A DNA stretch of 64,000 nucleotides from the human T2T-CHM13v2.0 reference genome, Homo sapiens. The notes beneath the pieces are model-generated. The model ran no database searches, was not told the origin of the DNA, and was given only the letters and a program-made list of their open reading frames with translations. The position numbers and the translations under genes were made by a program. Position 1 is the first letter of the stretch. Each line of letters opens with the position of its first letter. The stretch is taken from assembly GCF_009914755.1 (NCBI RefSeq), contig NC_060930.1; one strand, written 5' to 3'. Positions 1 through 14,600 of this stretch are shown in pieces.

Positions 1-495
1 GAGACTAAGAAAATCAGCCTGTCATAGATGATTGTTATAACATGAATCTGCATAGTTACTCCAAAAAGGAGACAGTATATTTTATTCAGCCAGTAGTTTA
101 TGACACTTAACCAGGCTAGTGACAAGACAAATTTGTAGTACTGTGGTTCTAATATTAAAAGCCCAGTTGCAAAGTCAAACTGAATCAATGTACTCATCCA
201 CACATTCACACAGAGACACATAAATGCAAGCTTGAATGTCAGAAATGTAAAAACAATAAAAATAATATTGTCTGGAGTACTACTTAGACTACTATTTAGA
301 GTGATTTAAAATCTAATGATTGCCACTACCAAATTGTGTAAATACAGATCTGGCATTTTTGGTCTATCATACTACCACTTATGAAATACAAAGGTAAAAC
401 TGGACATGTAGTAACTCTTTTTAATATCTAAAACCCTAAATCATTCTCTGACACATCAGGGTCAATTTATCTTTTGAAAAATGTAAACTTATTAA

Positions 496-1400
496 TTCAT
501 CTATACATCAAAATTTATTAAGCCTATATGAAATGCCATTGTTCTGTGTACTGGAATATAGCAGAGAACAGGAAAAACAAGGTCCATGGAAATAGGAAGA
601 CAGCAATAAATAAGAAGATAATAAATAAAGCATGTAATTTTAGAATGTGGTCATTGCTATGAGAAAAATGAAAAAGGGAATTGCACAAGAGAGGAATTGA
701 AAGATGGCTACTTCAAATTTAGTAATTTAGGAAGGCTTCTACATATATAATTTTATATTAATTACAATTGCAAACAAGGGAATATTTTTAACAGGAGTGC
801 ATAACATATTTACTTTTTGTTGTTGTTGTTCAAGAGCACAATCATTGCTTTGAGGAGAATAGACTGTAGATTCTGCGGCAGAGCAAATGTGACAATGCTA
901 ACACTGCAGATAAAAGCAATAGAGGTTGGTAGAAGTAGTGATGAAGGAAAATGGCAGGGCTTGGGAGACATCGGAAGGCAGAGTCGAGGGGATTTATTGA
1001 TGCATTGGATAAAAATGGTGTTGAGGGAAAAGACAGGATTAAGAATTATTTCCAGATTTAGCAATTATTTGCAACTGGTTTGATGGCAGTATCACTTACT
1101 GAATAAAAAAGAATGAGGAGAAATACTTGATTGAAGGTAAATTTTAGGTGTTCAAATAGCAATATCCAAAAGCAACTGACTGCATAAATCTGGAACTCAT
1201 TTAAGAGGTTAGGGCAGAATATAACTTTTGGGGAGTCAAGTTATCTCTATAAAGACATCTAAAGTTCTGAACTGGCTTTGGTTTTTTTAGGTAGAACATA
1301 TTAGAGATGAGCAAATAATGTAGAATTCAAGCTGAAGCATTTCATCCAGTCAGAATTGAAGAAGCCAAGCAGTGAGGTTAAAGAAAAACACACAGGGTTT
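496..1400 (-). mobile_element. L2 (LINE-2) fragment, 3' region
   Basis: ttcatctatacatcaaaatttattaagcctata...tactggaatatagcagagaaca resembles the reverse complement of the L2 3' end. Highly decayed; boundaries approximate. Confidence 0.5.
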
Positions 1401-1472
1401 CTACTTATCTACTGATTCCTAACAAATCCCTTTAAATTTTAATGGTTTTAAACATGTCTTTAATAGACTCCT

Positions 1473-1797
1473 ACAGCTTGCCATATACAAAAATCAAATT
1501 CAAATGAATTAAATACTTAAATATAAGACCTTAAACTATGAAACTATTGCAAGGATACACAGGGAAAAATCTCCAGGATGTTGATCTGGGCAAAATTTCT
1601 TCAGTAATACGACACAAGCACAGGCAACCAAAGCAAAAATGGACAAATTGATCATATCATGTTGAAAAGCTTCTACACAGCAAAGGAAACAATCAACACA
1701 GTGAAGACCTACAGAATGGGAGGAAATATTTGCCAACAATCCATCTAACAAGGGATTAATAACCAGAATATATAAAGAGTTCAAACCACTCTATAGG
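1473..1797 (+). mobile_element. L1 ORF2 3'-region fragment (older L1PB/L1MA-type)
   Basis: catatacaaaaatcaaattcaaatg...aaaagcttctacacagcaaaggaaacaatcaac...acagaatgggagg matches the C-terminal region of L1 ORF2. Confidence 0.85.
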
Positions 1798-2797
1798 ACC
1801 ACTCTTTATGTGTGTATGTGGTTAGTGGTGTGGGTAGCTCTTTCCCCTCTGTATAAATCTGTGAAAGCTGCAGATTTAAATTCAATCTCCTCCCTATAGG
1901 GGGTAAGTAGAGATAATAAATTAGTGTTTAACAAAGAAGATTATTGAGAAGGCCTTGGAATGGGCAGAGAAGTGGGGCAGTAGGTTAGTCTTTTATTAAA
2001 CACATCATCTCCATCCTTTAGTCCATGTGCATATTAAGAAGAAAATATCTAAAATCTAGAAAACCTACATATTGTATTGTTTTCAGAGTAAGAAACAGAT
2101 CACAGGAAGCTATGAACAAAACCTCTCTCTCTGTACAATAAAAATGTCACATGGTTTCATTTGCTTAGATATACAAAGGGAGGGATTTGGTGGAAACTAG
2201 CATAAAATGCAAGGGGGAAAAAAACATGACAGGCAGACATAGTTGCCAATGACCTAAAACAGATGCCAAGTCAATTGAAGGGCCAATTTGTCAAAAACAT
2301 TCCCTTTTAACTGCAAATTTCAAAACCACAAAATTTAACTTGAAATATGCTGTGACTGGGAAACATCGCTCAGATAATCGAGGTTATAATTACAGTGGAG
2401 CTGATGAAACATCATCTATAATCTATACTTTGGTTGATGCTATTTAAAGACATTTAAAGGTTTTTTTTCTTTGCCCCATTATTTTTTCCTCAAGTTTTCT
2501 ATAAATTTATTGGATAAAACAGTTATGCTGTATAGCTCACAATTCTGTATAAAAGACTATCACTGCCAAGAACCAAAGAAAGTTTGTTATCAGGGGACTG
2601 CCAGTCTACAAATCAGTGTGATTAGTAGAAACATTCTTGCTGTTGTTAACAAATTGTGTCAAAGGCACATACAATGACATTCCAATATGCTAATGATACA
2701 AATTTAATTTGACATCCCAGAGCACATTCATGCCTGAATCTCAGAACCAGCACTGGGGTATAGAAAGCTATTTATCTGTATTTTAAATTACACATTG

Positions 2798-2947
2798 GTG
2801 CCCACCACTGGCTAATTTTTTGTATTTTTAGTAGAGATGGGGTTTCACTGTGTTAGCCAGGATGGTCTTGATCTCCCAACCTCATGATCCTCCCACCTCG
2901 GCCTCCCAAAGTGCTGGGATTACAGGTGTGAGCCACCACGCCCGGCC
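2798..2947 (-). mobile_element. Alu left arm only (AluY/Sc-like), right arm and tail missing
   Basis: gctaattttttgtatttttagtagagatggggtttcactgtgttagccaggatggtc...gagccaccacgcccggcc. Confidence 0.9.
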
Positions 2948-3304
2948 TAATGGCAACAATTTTGAAGGTAATTTTTACAAAATGGTTCAAAATGGGAACT
3001 ACCAAGAGCGGTAAGTGGGATCAAAAGAAGGTGTTTAAATTTTTTTTTGTTTTAGTAGAAGACATAATTAAAAAAAAATCTTTTAGGTTCAGGGGTACGT
3101 GTGAAGGTTTGATGCACAGGTAAACTTGTGGCATGGGAATCTTTTGTACAGATTATTTAATCACCTAGTTATTAAGCCCAGTACCCAATAGTTATATTTT
3201 CTGCTCCTCTCCTTCCTTCCGTCCTCCATCCTCAAGTAGACCCCAATGTCTGTTGTTTCCTTCTTTGCATTCACAAGTTCTCATCATGTAGCTTCAACTT
3301 ATAA

Positions 3305-3726
<422 letters not shown>

Positions 3727-4933
3727 GATCTCATACTTTTTTTATGGCTGCATAGTATTCCATGGTGTATATGTAGCACACTTTCTTTATCCAATCTGTT
3801 ATTGATGGGTATTTAGGTTGATTCTATGTCCTTGCTAATGCAAATAGTGCTGAAATGAACATTTGTGTGCATGTGTTTTAATGGTAGAATTTTTCTGGGT
3901 ATACAACTAGTAACAGGATTGTGGAGTCAAATGGCAGTTCTGCTTTCAGCTCTTTAAGGAATCACCATACTGCTTTCCATAATGGATGAACTAATTTGTA
4001 CTCCCACCAATGGTATATAAGTGTTCCCTTTTCTCTAAAATCTAACTAGCATCTGTTTTTTTTTTTTTTTACTTTTTAATCATAGCCATTCTGACTGGTG
4101 TGAGATGGCATCTCATTGTGGTTCCAATTTACATTTCTCTAATGATCAGTGATATTGAGCTTTTGTTTTTTTTTTAATGCTTGTTGGCCACATGTATGTC
4201 TTCATTTGAAAAGTGTCTGTTCATGTCCTTTGCCCACTTTTTAATGAGGTTGTTTGTTTTTCTCTTGTAAATTTGTTTAAGTTTCTTATAGATGCTGGAT
4301 ATTAGACCTTTGCCAGGTACACAGTTTGCAAATATCTTCTCCCATTCTGTAGGTTGCCTGATTACTATGTTGATGGTTTCTTTTGCTGTGCAGAAGCCCT
4401 TAAACTGAATTAGCGTCTTTTTCATGAAATCGTTGCTCGGTCCTATGTCCAGGATGGTATTGCCTAGGTTGTCTTCTAGGGATTTTACAGTTTTGGGTTT
4501 TACAATTAAGTCTTTAATCCATCTTGAGTTGATTTTTGTGTGTGGCATAAGGGAAGGGTTCAGTTTCAATCTTCTGCATATGGCTAGCCAGTTCTTCCAG
4601 CACCATGTATTAAATAGGGAGTGTTTTCCCCATTGCTTGTTTTTGTCAGTTTTGTCAAAGATCAGATGATTGTAGGTACATGGCCTTATTTCTGGCCTTC
4701 TGATTCTGTTCCATTGCTCTATGTATCTTTTTTTGTGCCAGTGCAATGCTGTTTTGGTTACTGTAGCCCTGAAGTTATAGTTTGCAGTTGAGTAACGTGA
4801 TGCCTACTGCTTTGGTCTTTTTGCTTAGGATTGTCTTGACTATTTGGGCTCTTTTTTGGTTCCACATAAATTTTAAAACAGTTTTTTTCTAGTTCTGTAA
4901 AGAATGTCATTGGTAGTTTCATAGAAGTAGCAT

Positions 4934-5380
4934 TGTATTAGTCAGGGTTTTCTAGAAGGACAGAACTAATAGGATACATGCATATATAAAGGGGAGTTTA
5001 TTAAGGAATATTAACTCACAACGATTACGTGGTCCCACAATAGGGTGTCTGCAAGCTGAGGAGCAAGGAAGCCAGTCCAAGTCCCAAAGCTGAAGAATTT
5101 GGGGTCTGATGTTCCAGGGCAGGAAGCATCCAGCATGGGAGAAAGATGTAGGCTGGGAGGCTAAGCCAGTCTAGTCTTTTCACTTTCTTCTGCTGCTTTT
5201 TATTCTGACCCCGCTGGCAGCTGATTAGATTGTGCTGCCCAGATTAAGGGTGGGTCTGCCTTTCCCAGTCCACTGACTGAAATGTTAATCTTCTTTGACA
5301 AAACCCTCACAGACACACCCTGGCATAGTACTTTGCATCCTTCAATTCAATCAAGTTGACATTCAGTATTAACCATCATA
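4934..5380 (-). mobile_element. MLT2A1-like ERVL solo LTR
   Basis: The reverse complement begins tatgatggttaatactgaatgtcaacttgattgaattgaaggatgcaaagta (MLT2A consensus start). 5-bp TSD agcat at 4929-4933 and 5381-5385. Confidence 0.92.
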
Positions 5381-7894
5381 AGCATTGAATCTGTAAATTT
5401 CTTTGGGCAATATTGCCATTTTAATAGTATTTAATAGTAAGCATTGAATCTGTAAATTTCTTTGGGCAGTATTGCCATTTAATAGTATTCCTATCTATGA
5501 GCATGGGATGTTTTTCCATGTGTTTGTGTCTTCTCTGATTTCTTTGAGCAGTGCTTTGTAATTCTTATTGCAGAGATTTTTTTTACCTCCCTGGTTAGCT
5601 GTATTCCTAGGTATTTTATTCTTTTTGTGGTGACTGTGAATGGGATTGCCTTCCTGATTTGGCTCTTGACTTGGCTGTTGTTGGTGTATAGAAATGCTAG
5701 TGATTTTTGTACATTGATTTTATATCATGAAACTTTGCTGAAGTTGTTTTTCAGCTGAAGGAGCTTTTGGGCTGAGACTATGGGGTTTTCTAGATATAGA
5801 ATCATGTCATCTGCAAACAGAGATGGTTTGACTTCCTCTCTCCCTATTTGGATGTCCTTTATTTTTTTCTCTTGCCTAATTGCTCTGGTTAGGATTCCAA
5901 TACTATTTGAATAGGAGCCGTGAGAAGGGGCATCCTTGTCTTGTTCTAGTTTTCAAGGGGAATGCTTCCAGCATTTGCCCATTCAGTATGATATTGGCTG
6001 TGGGTTTGGCATAGGCTCTTATTATTTTTAGGTATGTTATTTCAAAACCTAGTTTATTAAGAGTTTGTAACATGAAGTGTTGTTGAATTTTATGAAAAGG
6101 CTTTTCTGCATCTATTGAGATAATCATGTGGTTTTTGTCTCTAGTTCTGTTTATGTGATGAATCATATTACTGATTTGCATATGTTGAACCAACCTTGCG
6201 TCCCAGAGATGAAGCCTACTTGATCGTGGTGGATTAGCTTTTTGATGTGCTGCTGCATTTGGTTTGCAAGTTGTTAAGGATATTTGCATCGATGTTCATC
6301 AAGGATATTGGCCTGAAGTTTTCCTTCTTTTTGGGTTCCTGCCAGGTTTTGGTATCAGGATGATGCTAGTCTTATAGAATGAGTTGAGGAGTAGTGCCTC
6401 CTCCTCAATTTTTTGAAATAGCTTTAGTAGGAATGGTACCAGCTCTTCTTTGTATATTTGGTAGAGTTCAGCTATGAATCTATTAACTTCTGGGCTTCTT
6501 TTTGGTTGGTAGGCTATTTATACCTGATACAATTTTGGAGCTCATTATTGGTCTGTCAGGGAATAAATTGCTTCCTGGTTCAGCCTTGAGAGTGTGTATG
6601 TGTCCAGGCATTTATTCATTTCTTCTAGATTTTCTAGTTTGTGTGCATAGAGGTGTTTGGAGTTTCTGATGGTTATTTTTAGAGAAGTAATATTTTATAT
6701 GCTGATGAGAATAATCCAATACACAAGAAAAAAATGATGAAGTAGGAATGAAAGGAGAGAATGGCTGGAATGATGTTCTTGAGTAGATGAGCAGGATAGG
6801 ATTAGTGAACAAGTGGAGAGATGACTTTACATGACTTTAGACTTTAGAAACACAAAGATGCCTGAAGTGAACATGCCTTATATAAGTGGATGTTGTGTTG
6901 AAAGTCTGCAGAAGTTCTATTCTGATTGCTTTAGTTTAGCAGTATAGAAGGAAGCAAGATCATCAGCCGAGAATCAGAATAAGGGAGGTTTCAGGAAAGA
7001 GGAGAAAGTGTTAATATTAATTTAGAAGAATTCAAGAGTAAACAGACTTCTGAAATAATATAGCATGATCTCCAGGAGCAATAAGGCCCACACGAGGTCA
7101 TTGGTCATGAATTAAAAGTTCAACCAGGCAGCAGGGTTTGTTTGTCTCCACATGTTGAGACACAGAATGAACAAAATGTACACAGAAACTTGAAGTTTTA
7201 TTTTTCTAATGTTTAATGTGGCTTTTTGCCAGAGCCATACTCACTTCTTAAATGCAGGGAAAAAAACTTTTGTTTCTCTCCAGCATAAACCTTTCTGTGT
7301 CTCCCAAATATTAGCCATTCCTTTAAATGGTGAAGTCTATCTGGGATAAAAATGCCTCTCAGATGGTATCCCTCTCTGCAACCCTTCCTGAGATGGCTTA
7401 GTGTATGGAGTGTGGTTTATTTGAACTAAGCACAGTAGAGAAAATGTGTGCTCTTAATTTGTGTTGTCTTTTTCCTCCCATGTTGTCACTGGTCTCCTGG
7501 GTTGTCACATGCCCTGAATGTAATAATAATCTTGCCTCATATGCATGTGTAGGTAGCAGTTACCAGAGGAATGCAGCCTGTACTTATCTGCATTATGAAA
7601 CTGGGTTTTCTACTTAGGGTAGGAGGTGCACTTGACCCTCATCCCCTATTTAGAACTCTATGCAATAATCTTCCCCAAGCTGTGTCACACCAACCTAGAT
7701 CTAGGTCACAAAGTGGCAGCATAGCAGAGAGAAGTGTGGAGGTTTAATTAGCATTCCTGAGGCATTGTGGGGTTCTTCTTGGGATGTTTACCCATTAGGA
7801 AATAAGTGGACAACACACAGAACCTTGTAAGAGTGGAAGGAATCCTGTAGCAGAGGCTGGGTGAGTACTGGCCAAGGAGCTGGATAAAGAATTA

Positions 7895-8843
7895 AGCACC
7901 ATTTATTGAAGAGTCTGATCTTGCTCTGATGTGTGCTTTTCATACCTTTTTCAAAAATTAGTTGGCTGTAAATACATGGATTTATTTCTGGGTTGTCTAC
8001 TATGTTTCATTTGTTTATGTGTCTATTTTATGCTAGTACCATGTTGTTTTAGTTACTATAGCTCTGTAGTATATTTTTAAGCCTGATAGTGTAATGCCTC
8101 CAGCTTCATTCTTTTTGCACAAGATTTCTTTGGTTATTTGGGATTTTTGTGTTTGCATATGAATTTTAGGATTGTTTTTTCTATTTCTGTGAATTATTTC
8201 ATTGGTATTTTCATAGAAAATTCATCAAATCTGTATATTACTTTGAATAGTGTATTAGTCCATTTTCATGCTGCTGATAAAGACATACTCAAAACTGGGT
8301 AATTTACAAAAGAAATAGGTTTAATTGGACTTGCAGTTCCACATGGCTGGGGAAGCCTCACAATCATGGCAGAAAACAAAGAGGATCAGGTCACATCTTT
8401 CATGGATGGTGGCAAGCAAAAAGAGAGCTTGTGCAGGGGGATGCCTTTTTTTTAAAACCATCAGACCTCATGAGACTCATTCACTATCAGGAGAACAGCA
8501 TGGGAAAGGCCTGCCCCCATGATTCAATCACTTCCCACTGGGTCCTTCCCACAACACGTGGGAATTCAAAATGGTGATTTGGGCGGGGACACAGCCAAAC
8601 CATATCAGGTAGTATGGACATTTTGACAATATCAATTATTCTAATCCATGAACATGGGATACTTTTCATTTATTTATGTGCTCTGTAATTTCTTTAATCA
8701 ATGTTTCATAGTTTTCATTGTAGAGATTTTCCCCTTGTTGGTTAAATTTATTCCTAGATATTTTATTCATTTGTCTTTTGTAGCTATTGTAAATGGGACT
8801 GCCTTCTTGATTTCTTTTTTAGATAGTTTGCTATTGGCATATA
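7895..8843 (-). mobile_element. Inverted 5' segment of an L1MA-type LINE-1
   Basis: Antisense ORF2 sequence (caccatttattgaagag...gctattgtaaatggga...ctattggcatatag) directly abuts a sense-strand L1 3' segment. Confidence 0.85.
8251..8607 (-). mobile_element. THE1A-like MaLR solo LTR nested in L1
   Basis: tgtattagtccattttcatgctgctgataaagacatac...ggggacacagccaaaccatatca, 357 bp. Degenerate 5-bp TSD aatag/ggtag. Confidence 0.92.
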
Positions 8844-9957
8844 GTGAAGAGACAACCCACAGAATGGGAGAAGATAGCTGCAAATTATGCATCTGACTAT
8901 GAGTGAATATCCAGACTATATAAGGAACTCAAAGAACTCAATAGCAAAATAACAAATAATCTGATTAACAAGCAGGCAATGGGTCTGAATAGACATTTCT
9001 CAGAGAAGACATGTAAATGGCCAACAGGTACATGAAAAAATGTTCAGCATCACTAATCACCAGGGAAATGCAAATCAAAACCACAAGGAGATTTTTTTTT
9101 TACCCTTATTAGAATGGCTATCATAAAAAAGACAAAAGAAAAAGACAAATGTTGTCAAGGATCTGGAGAAAGGGAAAGGGACTCTCATACACTAATGGTG
9201 GGAATGCAAATTATTATACCATAATAGAAAGAGTAGAGAGTTTCCTTTAAAAATTAAAAATATAAGTACCATATGATCCAGCAACCCTATTATTGGGTAT
9301 ATATGCAAAGGAAATGAAATCAACATGTCAAAGAGATATCTGTACTTCCTTGTTTATTGCAGCACTATTCACAATAGCCAAACCATGAACACAACTTAAG
9401 TGCCCTTCATCAGATGAACTGATAAAGAAAATGTGGTATATTTACAGAACAGAATACTATTCAGCCACACAAAAGAATAGAATTCTGTCATTTGTGCAAC
9501 ATGGATGAGTCAAAGAACACCATGTTAAGTGAAATAAGCAAGGCACAGAAAGATAAATATGATATTTCCTCATTTATATGTGGAAACTAAAAAAAGTTTA
9601 TCTCATAGAAGCAGAGATAGAATAGTGGTTGTCAGATTCTGGGAAGGGAAGAGGGTGGGGGATTATGAAGAGGTTGGTCAAGCTGTACAAAGTTACAGTT
9701 AAATAGGAGGAATAAATCCCAGTGCTCCATTGTACGGTGACTATAGTAACAATAAATATTGTATATTTCAAAATAGCTAAAAGAGGAAAATTTGAATGTT
9801 CTCACCATGAAAAGATAAATATTTGATGTGATATGCTAATTACCCTAATTTGATCATTACACATTGTATACATGTATTGAAATATCCCACTGTACCTGGT
9901 AAATACATACAATTATTATGTAACATTTAAAAATAAAATAAAGCTTTGTAAAAAAAA
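8844..9957 (+). mobile_element. L1MA-type 3' end with A-rich tail
   Basis: tgaagagacaacccacagaatgggag... through the 3' UTR to aaaataaaataaa. Confidence 0.9.
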
Positions 9958-10739
9958 GAGAATACTGAGCAGAATGCTCTTCATGTAGCTTATACAGTTG
10001 GTACACTGTACATGATTCTTGACATGTTTATCTCTACTATTAATGCAATAAAAAGTTTCATTAAAAATTACTTTAAGAAAAAGCACTAAGCAGAGTATGT
10101 ATGGTGTCTACTGGAGGCTGATTAAGTCAGGGAACACAGCTGGTGTCCAGCCATGTATATTGAGAGACAGCAGGCTACTAGATTCTTCAGCTGCAAATAC
10201 CAATACGCACGTGTTATTTGCAAGGAGAATCTGAATGATAAGTACACATTTCTGGGAGTGGTGGGTAGAAAGGGAGAGGGATGAAATGTACTAAGTGAAC
10301 AAAAATGAACAATGTTAATACGTGTAAACTACATATAGATTATAATATACATAGGTAGGAATATTACTTAACTATTTTTGGAGATCTTTTTAATCATGCT
10401 TCACTTTCTTCCTCCCATGCCTACCCCATCCCATATCTTCATATTAATTTTATTGGAAAGCACTGCTTTCATGGAGCTTTCATTCTAATGGAAATTCAGT
10501 ATAAGTAGAGTTCAAGGAATGTTGATTAAGTAAATGAACAAATGAATGCTGTGGGGAAGATATAATGAAAAAGTCAGCATTTTGGATAGGCTCTGAAGGA
10601 AAATAAATTACAGTAAATGAAAACACATCTATACCACCAGCAAAATCACAGGAGGTTGAAAGTATGGGGCATGTTTTGAGAGTATTATCAAGTAGTCTGC
10701 TATTTGCATAATATAAAGGAAAAACCACAGGACTTATAC

Positions 10740-10912
10740 ACAGACTTGAATATAAATCTTGCTTCTTTAATTTATTCTCTGTGTGAACCTGCAAGAGATA
10801 GTGGACTTTTCTGCGCCTCAGTTTCTTGAGTTCAAAAATAAAAATAGCTTTACATCATCTTTCAAGATCATTGTAAGGACTGAATTTAGCACCTACCAGG
10901 TCTTAACAAATG
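10740..10912 (+). mobile_element. MIR
   Basis: MIR core ctgcgcctcagtttcttgag...ttgtaaggactgaat. Confidence 0.6.
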
Positions 10913-11055
10913 CTACATGAGAAATGGTAACAGAAATGAAGTTTGATGTAAAGTTCACGATGAAATCAGGAAGGTCTTTGAAGCCACGATACATATCCAG
11001 ATAGGGTATTATGTCATGGGTAATGATGACTTGGTGAAAATTTATGAGCTGAGAA

Positions 11056-11629
11056 TGTTATCACTGATCTCACTTAAAGACCACCAGAGGCAGAGCTCTG
11101 GCTTATTTCCGATTGCAGCAAGGCAACTGTGGGGTGTTTCTGTAAGGGAATGATAGGACTTAACAGAATTTGGCCATGGGTTAGATGATTTTGGAGATAA
11201 AGTTGGGCTTTTCTGTGGATTGAATGTTGTCAGGAAGCAGGGGTATCTTAATGAATATCATCTAGAAAGAGAGAACATTAGAGCAAGGCTAAAGCTACAA
11301 AACAAGCAAAAGTCACAAATATTGGCCAGCATGTGCGCTGTTTGGCTTTTTTGTGGTTTGGAAAATGCTCACATTTTCCTCTCTGTTTAGACGTGATTGG
11401 AGGATGGTCTTGATTCTGTCTTTATCCATTATGGTCACAGAGTAGCCTGGTCTGATATAGACGTTCTATAAAGTTGTATGTGTTCAACAGAACATCAAGG
11501 CCTATCTGTGAGTACCAGACCAGCTTCCAGAAACATCAATACATAATGAATAGTAGCAGGCCAGTCATCTGATGTCAGCCTAGCCCCTAGATGTCCCAGA
11601 TTGTCAGATATCTACTTTACTATTTCTCA
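11056..11629 (-). mobile_element. Old ERV1-class solo LTR (MER89/MER90-like; family uncertain)
   Basis: TG...CA termini. The minus strand reads tgagaaatagtaaag...ctctgtgaccataatggataaagacagaatcaagacc..., resembling the remembered MER90-type consensus. Confidence 0.55.
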
Positions 11630-14600
11630 GTGTAAGTTCATATATATATGTTAGGAGAGGAACCAGAGCTGTATCCTCTTATTCCAGGTGAGTAATAATG
11701 AGAACTTAAACTAGAGACTGCATAGGAGGATGGTTATTTGCCAAAAAAAAAACACCGGATTTTGAATCTATCAGAAATGGGTTAAACAGGATTCTGGTGA
11801 TGTATGGTTACGTGAATGGGAGTTATGTCATTTTTAATGCTTAGATTTCATAAGCATGTTTTTCTTTAACATATCCCATCAATAATTTTATATTGTGATG
11901 GTGAATTGAAGTACCTAGAGTCATTCAAATTGTCAATTTAGAATAATACTTACCAAGTCTCTTTTTTCAGAGCCTTAGAAACCTTCACAACTTCCTGAAA
12001 CACCTCCCCTTCCTCCCGGCTGTCAAGGGAAGAGCAAACTAGTAGGGTTCTATTTCCCCTCCTGATACTAGCTATGACCATTTTGCTTTTTTTCTATCAT
12101 ATTTTAGGGGTTTTAAATATATACATAATATTTTGTCTTAAAAAAGAGGCACTACTTCCCAGCACTTTATCGCATGCATTATCTAAAAATCTCTATCCTG
12201 GGCAGAGCTAATTGTAGGCAGCTCTGGATGTTGCTTCCTAGCAGGCTGTTTCAAAATGTAAATGTTTGTCCTGACTCAGTCTTTGCCTATGGTTATAGTG
12301 AGACCTCATTCAAAAGTGAACAATTATTCAATCTCAGCATTCATAGCAACAATCGCTTTGATAGCTTTTGCCTCATTATGCTCCCACTATGTTCCATTAT
12401 TAAGCAGAATAGTTTAAATGAAGAAATGATTACAGCAAGGGAAACGGCTTTTCAGTAGTATTGGCTTTTTAAGTTCCTTGGTCTTCTAGCTTTATATGAA
12501 TATTTTATCTATTAAAAGATATATCAACCCAGGCAGACTTCTTGAACTATCTAAAAATGAAATTAATATGTTGTCTTTCAGATTTTCCCATTACCAGTAC
12601 TTAAACGGGAAATCCACTTACATAATTTTATGCAAAAGAAAGGTAGTCTTTCTACTGCTGATGCAAAGTGGCATCAGTCACTTATTTATGAGACTGGCAT
12701 TTATGAGACAGGCCAGTCAGTCTCATAAATTTTACATGTGCATTCTAGATATTATGTTGCTTTGGGATATCTGTTCCTGTTGTCATTGAGTACCTAGATT
12801 ATTATGAATTACCTACAAAACTTGACAACAGGACCACAGTCTTCTTTCATCTGAAATTAGTCTTCCTTGGATGTATATGCTAGCCAATATTCATAGAGTA
12901 ACCTCTGTGCAGTTTTGGCAACATATTATGTAGAAAAAAAGTACCTGTATCCCCATGGTAAATTACTTCAGGCAATTGGCATAGCCTCTAGAATAAAAAC
13001 TGAACTTAGTAACAATATATAGGAGGTTATCTGTAATCGGGACCCACGATGCCCTTGATCAGCCTCACACCCCTGACACTCTTGGTCACTACTTAAAGGT
13101 AAGCCCTGTATTGGGTCACAAATACCCTCATGTTCTCTTTTTTACATGACGATCTAACCTTGGCCTCCCTTTACTTTTCAATTCACTATGTCCTTCTTTC
13201 CTAATATTTTACTTCTAGAACTCTTACTTCCTCATAAAAAGTACCACTACTATATTCATCAATTAAAAATGTGTATCTCATATATCCTAGCTTTAACTGA
13301 CACATGGCCCTGTCAATTTCAATATCGAGTCAAGGCAGATGCTTCCTTTATACTCATTAACACTTGGTTAAAGAGGTTGGTTCTGTCCATCTTGACCCTA
13401 AGACTCTATTCAGTTCTTCACTACTTTTAATAAAATACCAGTCAATGTCTGCCAGCCCCCAACTGTGCTTCCCACATTTGTGCAATAAAGAACCAACTTT
13501 ATTTGGACCTCATGAGTTTCCTTTTCACATTTGATCGAATTAGGGGAGGCTATCTGCTCCAGGAATAGTCTGTTTATGAGTTGGCAGAGACCAAAGATAT
13601 GTACTACAATAGATAAGTAAGATAGGCCAACCTAATTCACCCTCTGAATAATTTGGATGATTCAGAGAAATTGCTCATCCGAAGGCTAAGAAGGCAATCT
13701 AAAATGCCTATGCCTGAAAATCCCTGGCTCTAAAAATCAGGAATTTAAAAGAAAAGTTGTGAGCTTTGAAAGTTATGCTTTTGTCTTACTTTCAGCACAG
13801 GAGCAGTGGAAGAAGGAAAGAAAGATGAAGCTAAATAGGTTGATTAACGTGAAAGAGAACTATGTCTACAGAAGACAAGTTTGAGAGTTTGGAGGATTTG
13901 CAAGGAAGATATGTAGGGAAAAAGGAGACCTTGAAGTCAAAGCTAGATAAAAACAAAAGTATAATGAAGTGCTTGCAGGTCTAGCTACTCTTGAAGAGAG
14001 TATGAGAAAGGGGCGAGTTTATCTGGTTGTTATTAAATCAGGAATCGTGACTGGGACTTTAAAGAAATGTCTCTAGAGGGAAAGAGACAAAAATCTCCAA
14101 GAATAAGCCAGAGTGACTCCTTGAAGGGAACCTGAATACAAAAACAATTGAAAGCCATTCACTTAAGTAACCCAAAATTAGAGCTTCCAGGAAATTACCC
14201 CTTGAAGACCGAGGACCTCTTCCAAGTGGTTACATAACATTTGGGATGATTTGGGAGATAAAGACTGGAAGACTAACACAGAATTATTAAAGTATTAATT
14301 TGTGATTTCAAATATTGCATATGAGGAAGTAACTACTGCCCTAGTTGAATACACCCTGGAAATGTATGTAATCAGGGTTATAAGGCATAGGGACGATTAG
14401 ACACATTTTTTGAAAGTGAGGAAGATGGTCAATGTTAGATTGAATCCAGCCCTGTTTGAATGTTAACTTAATGGCTATCGTATTTATGGGATGTTCATTC
14501 AATTGTTGGTCTTTGTGTACTAATACACATAAAATATTGATCAAGATGACTGTTATATATACAGGAGTCCTACTTCTAAGAAGGAAAAAGTGAAAGAGAG

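Noticed and set aside
4174-4746. Longest ORF (190 aa) as a gene
   Set aside because: It is an L1 ORF2 C-terminal fragment.
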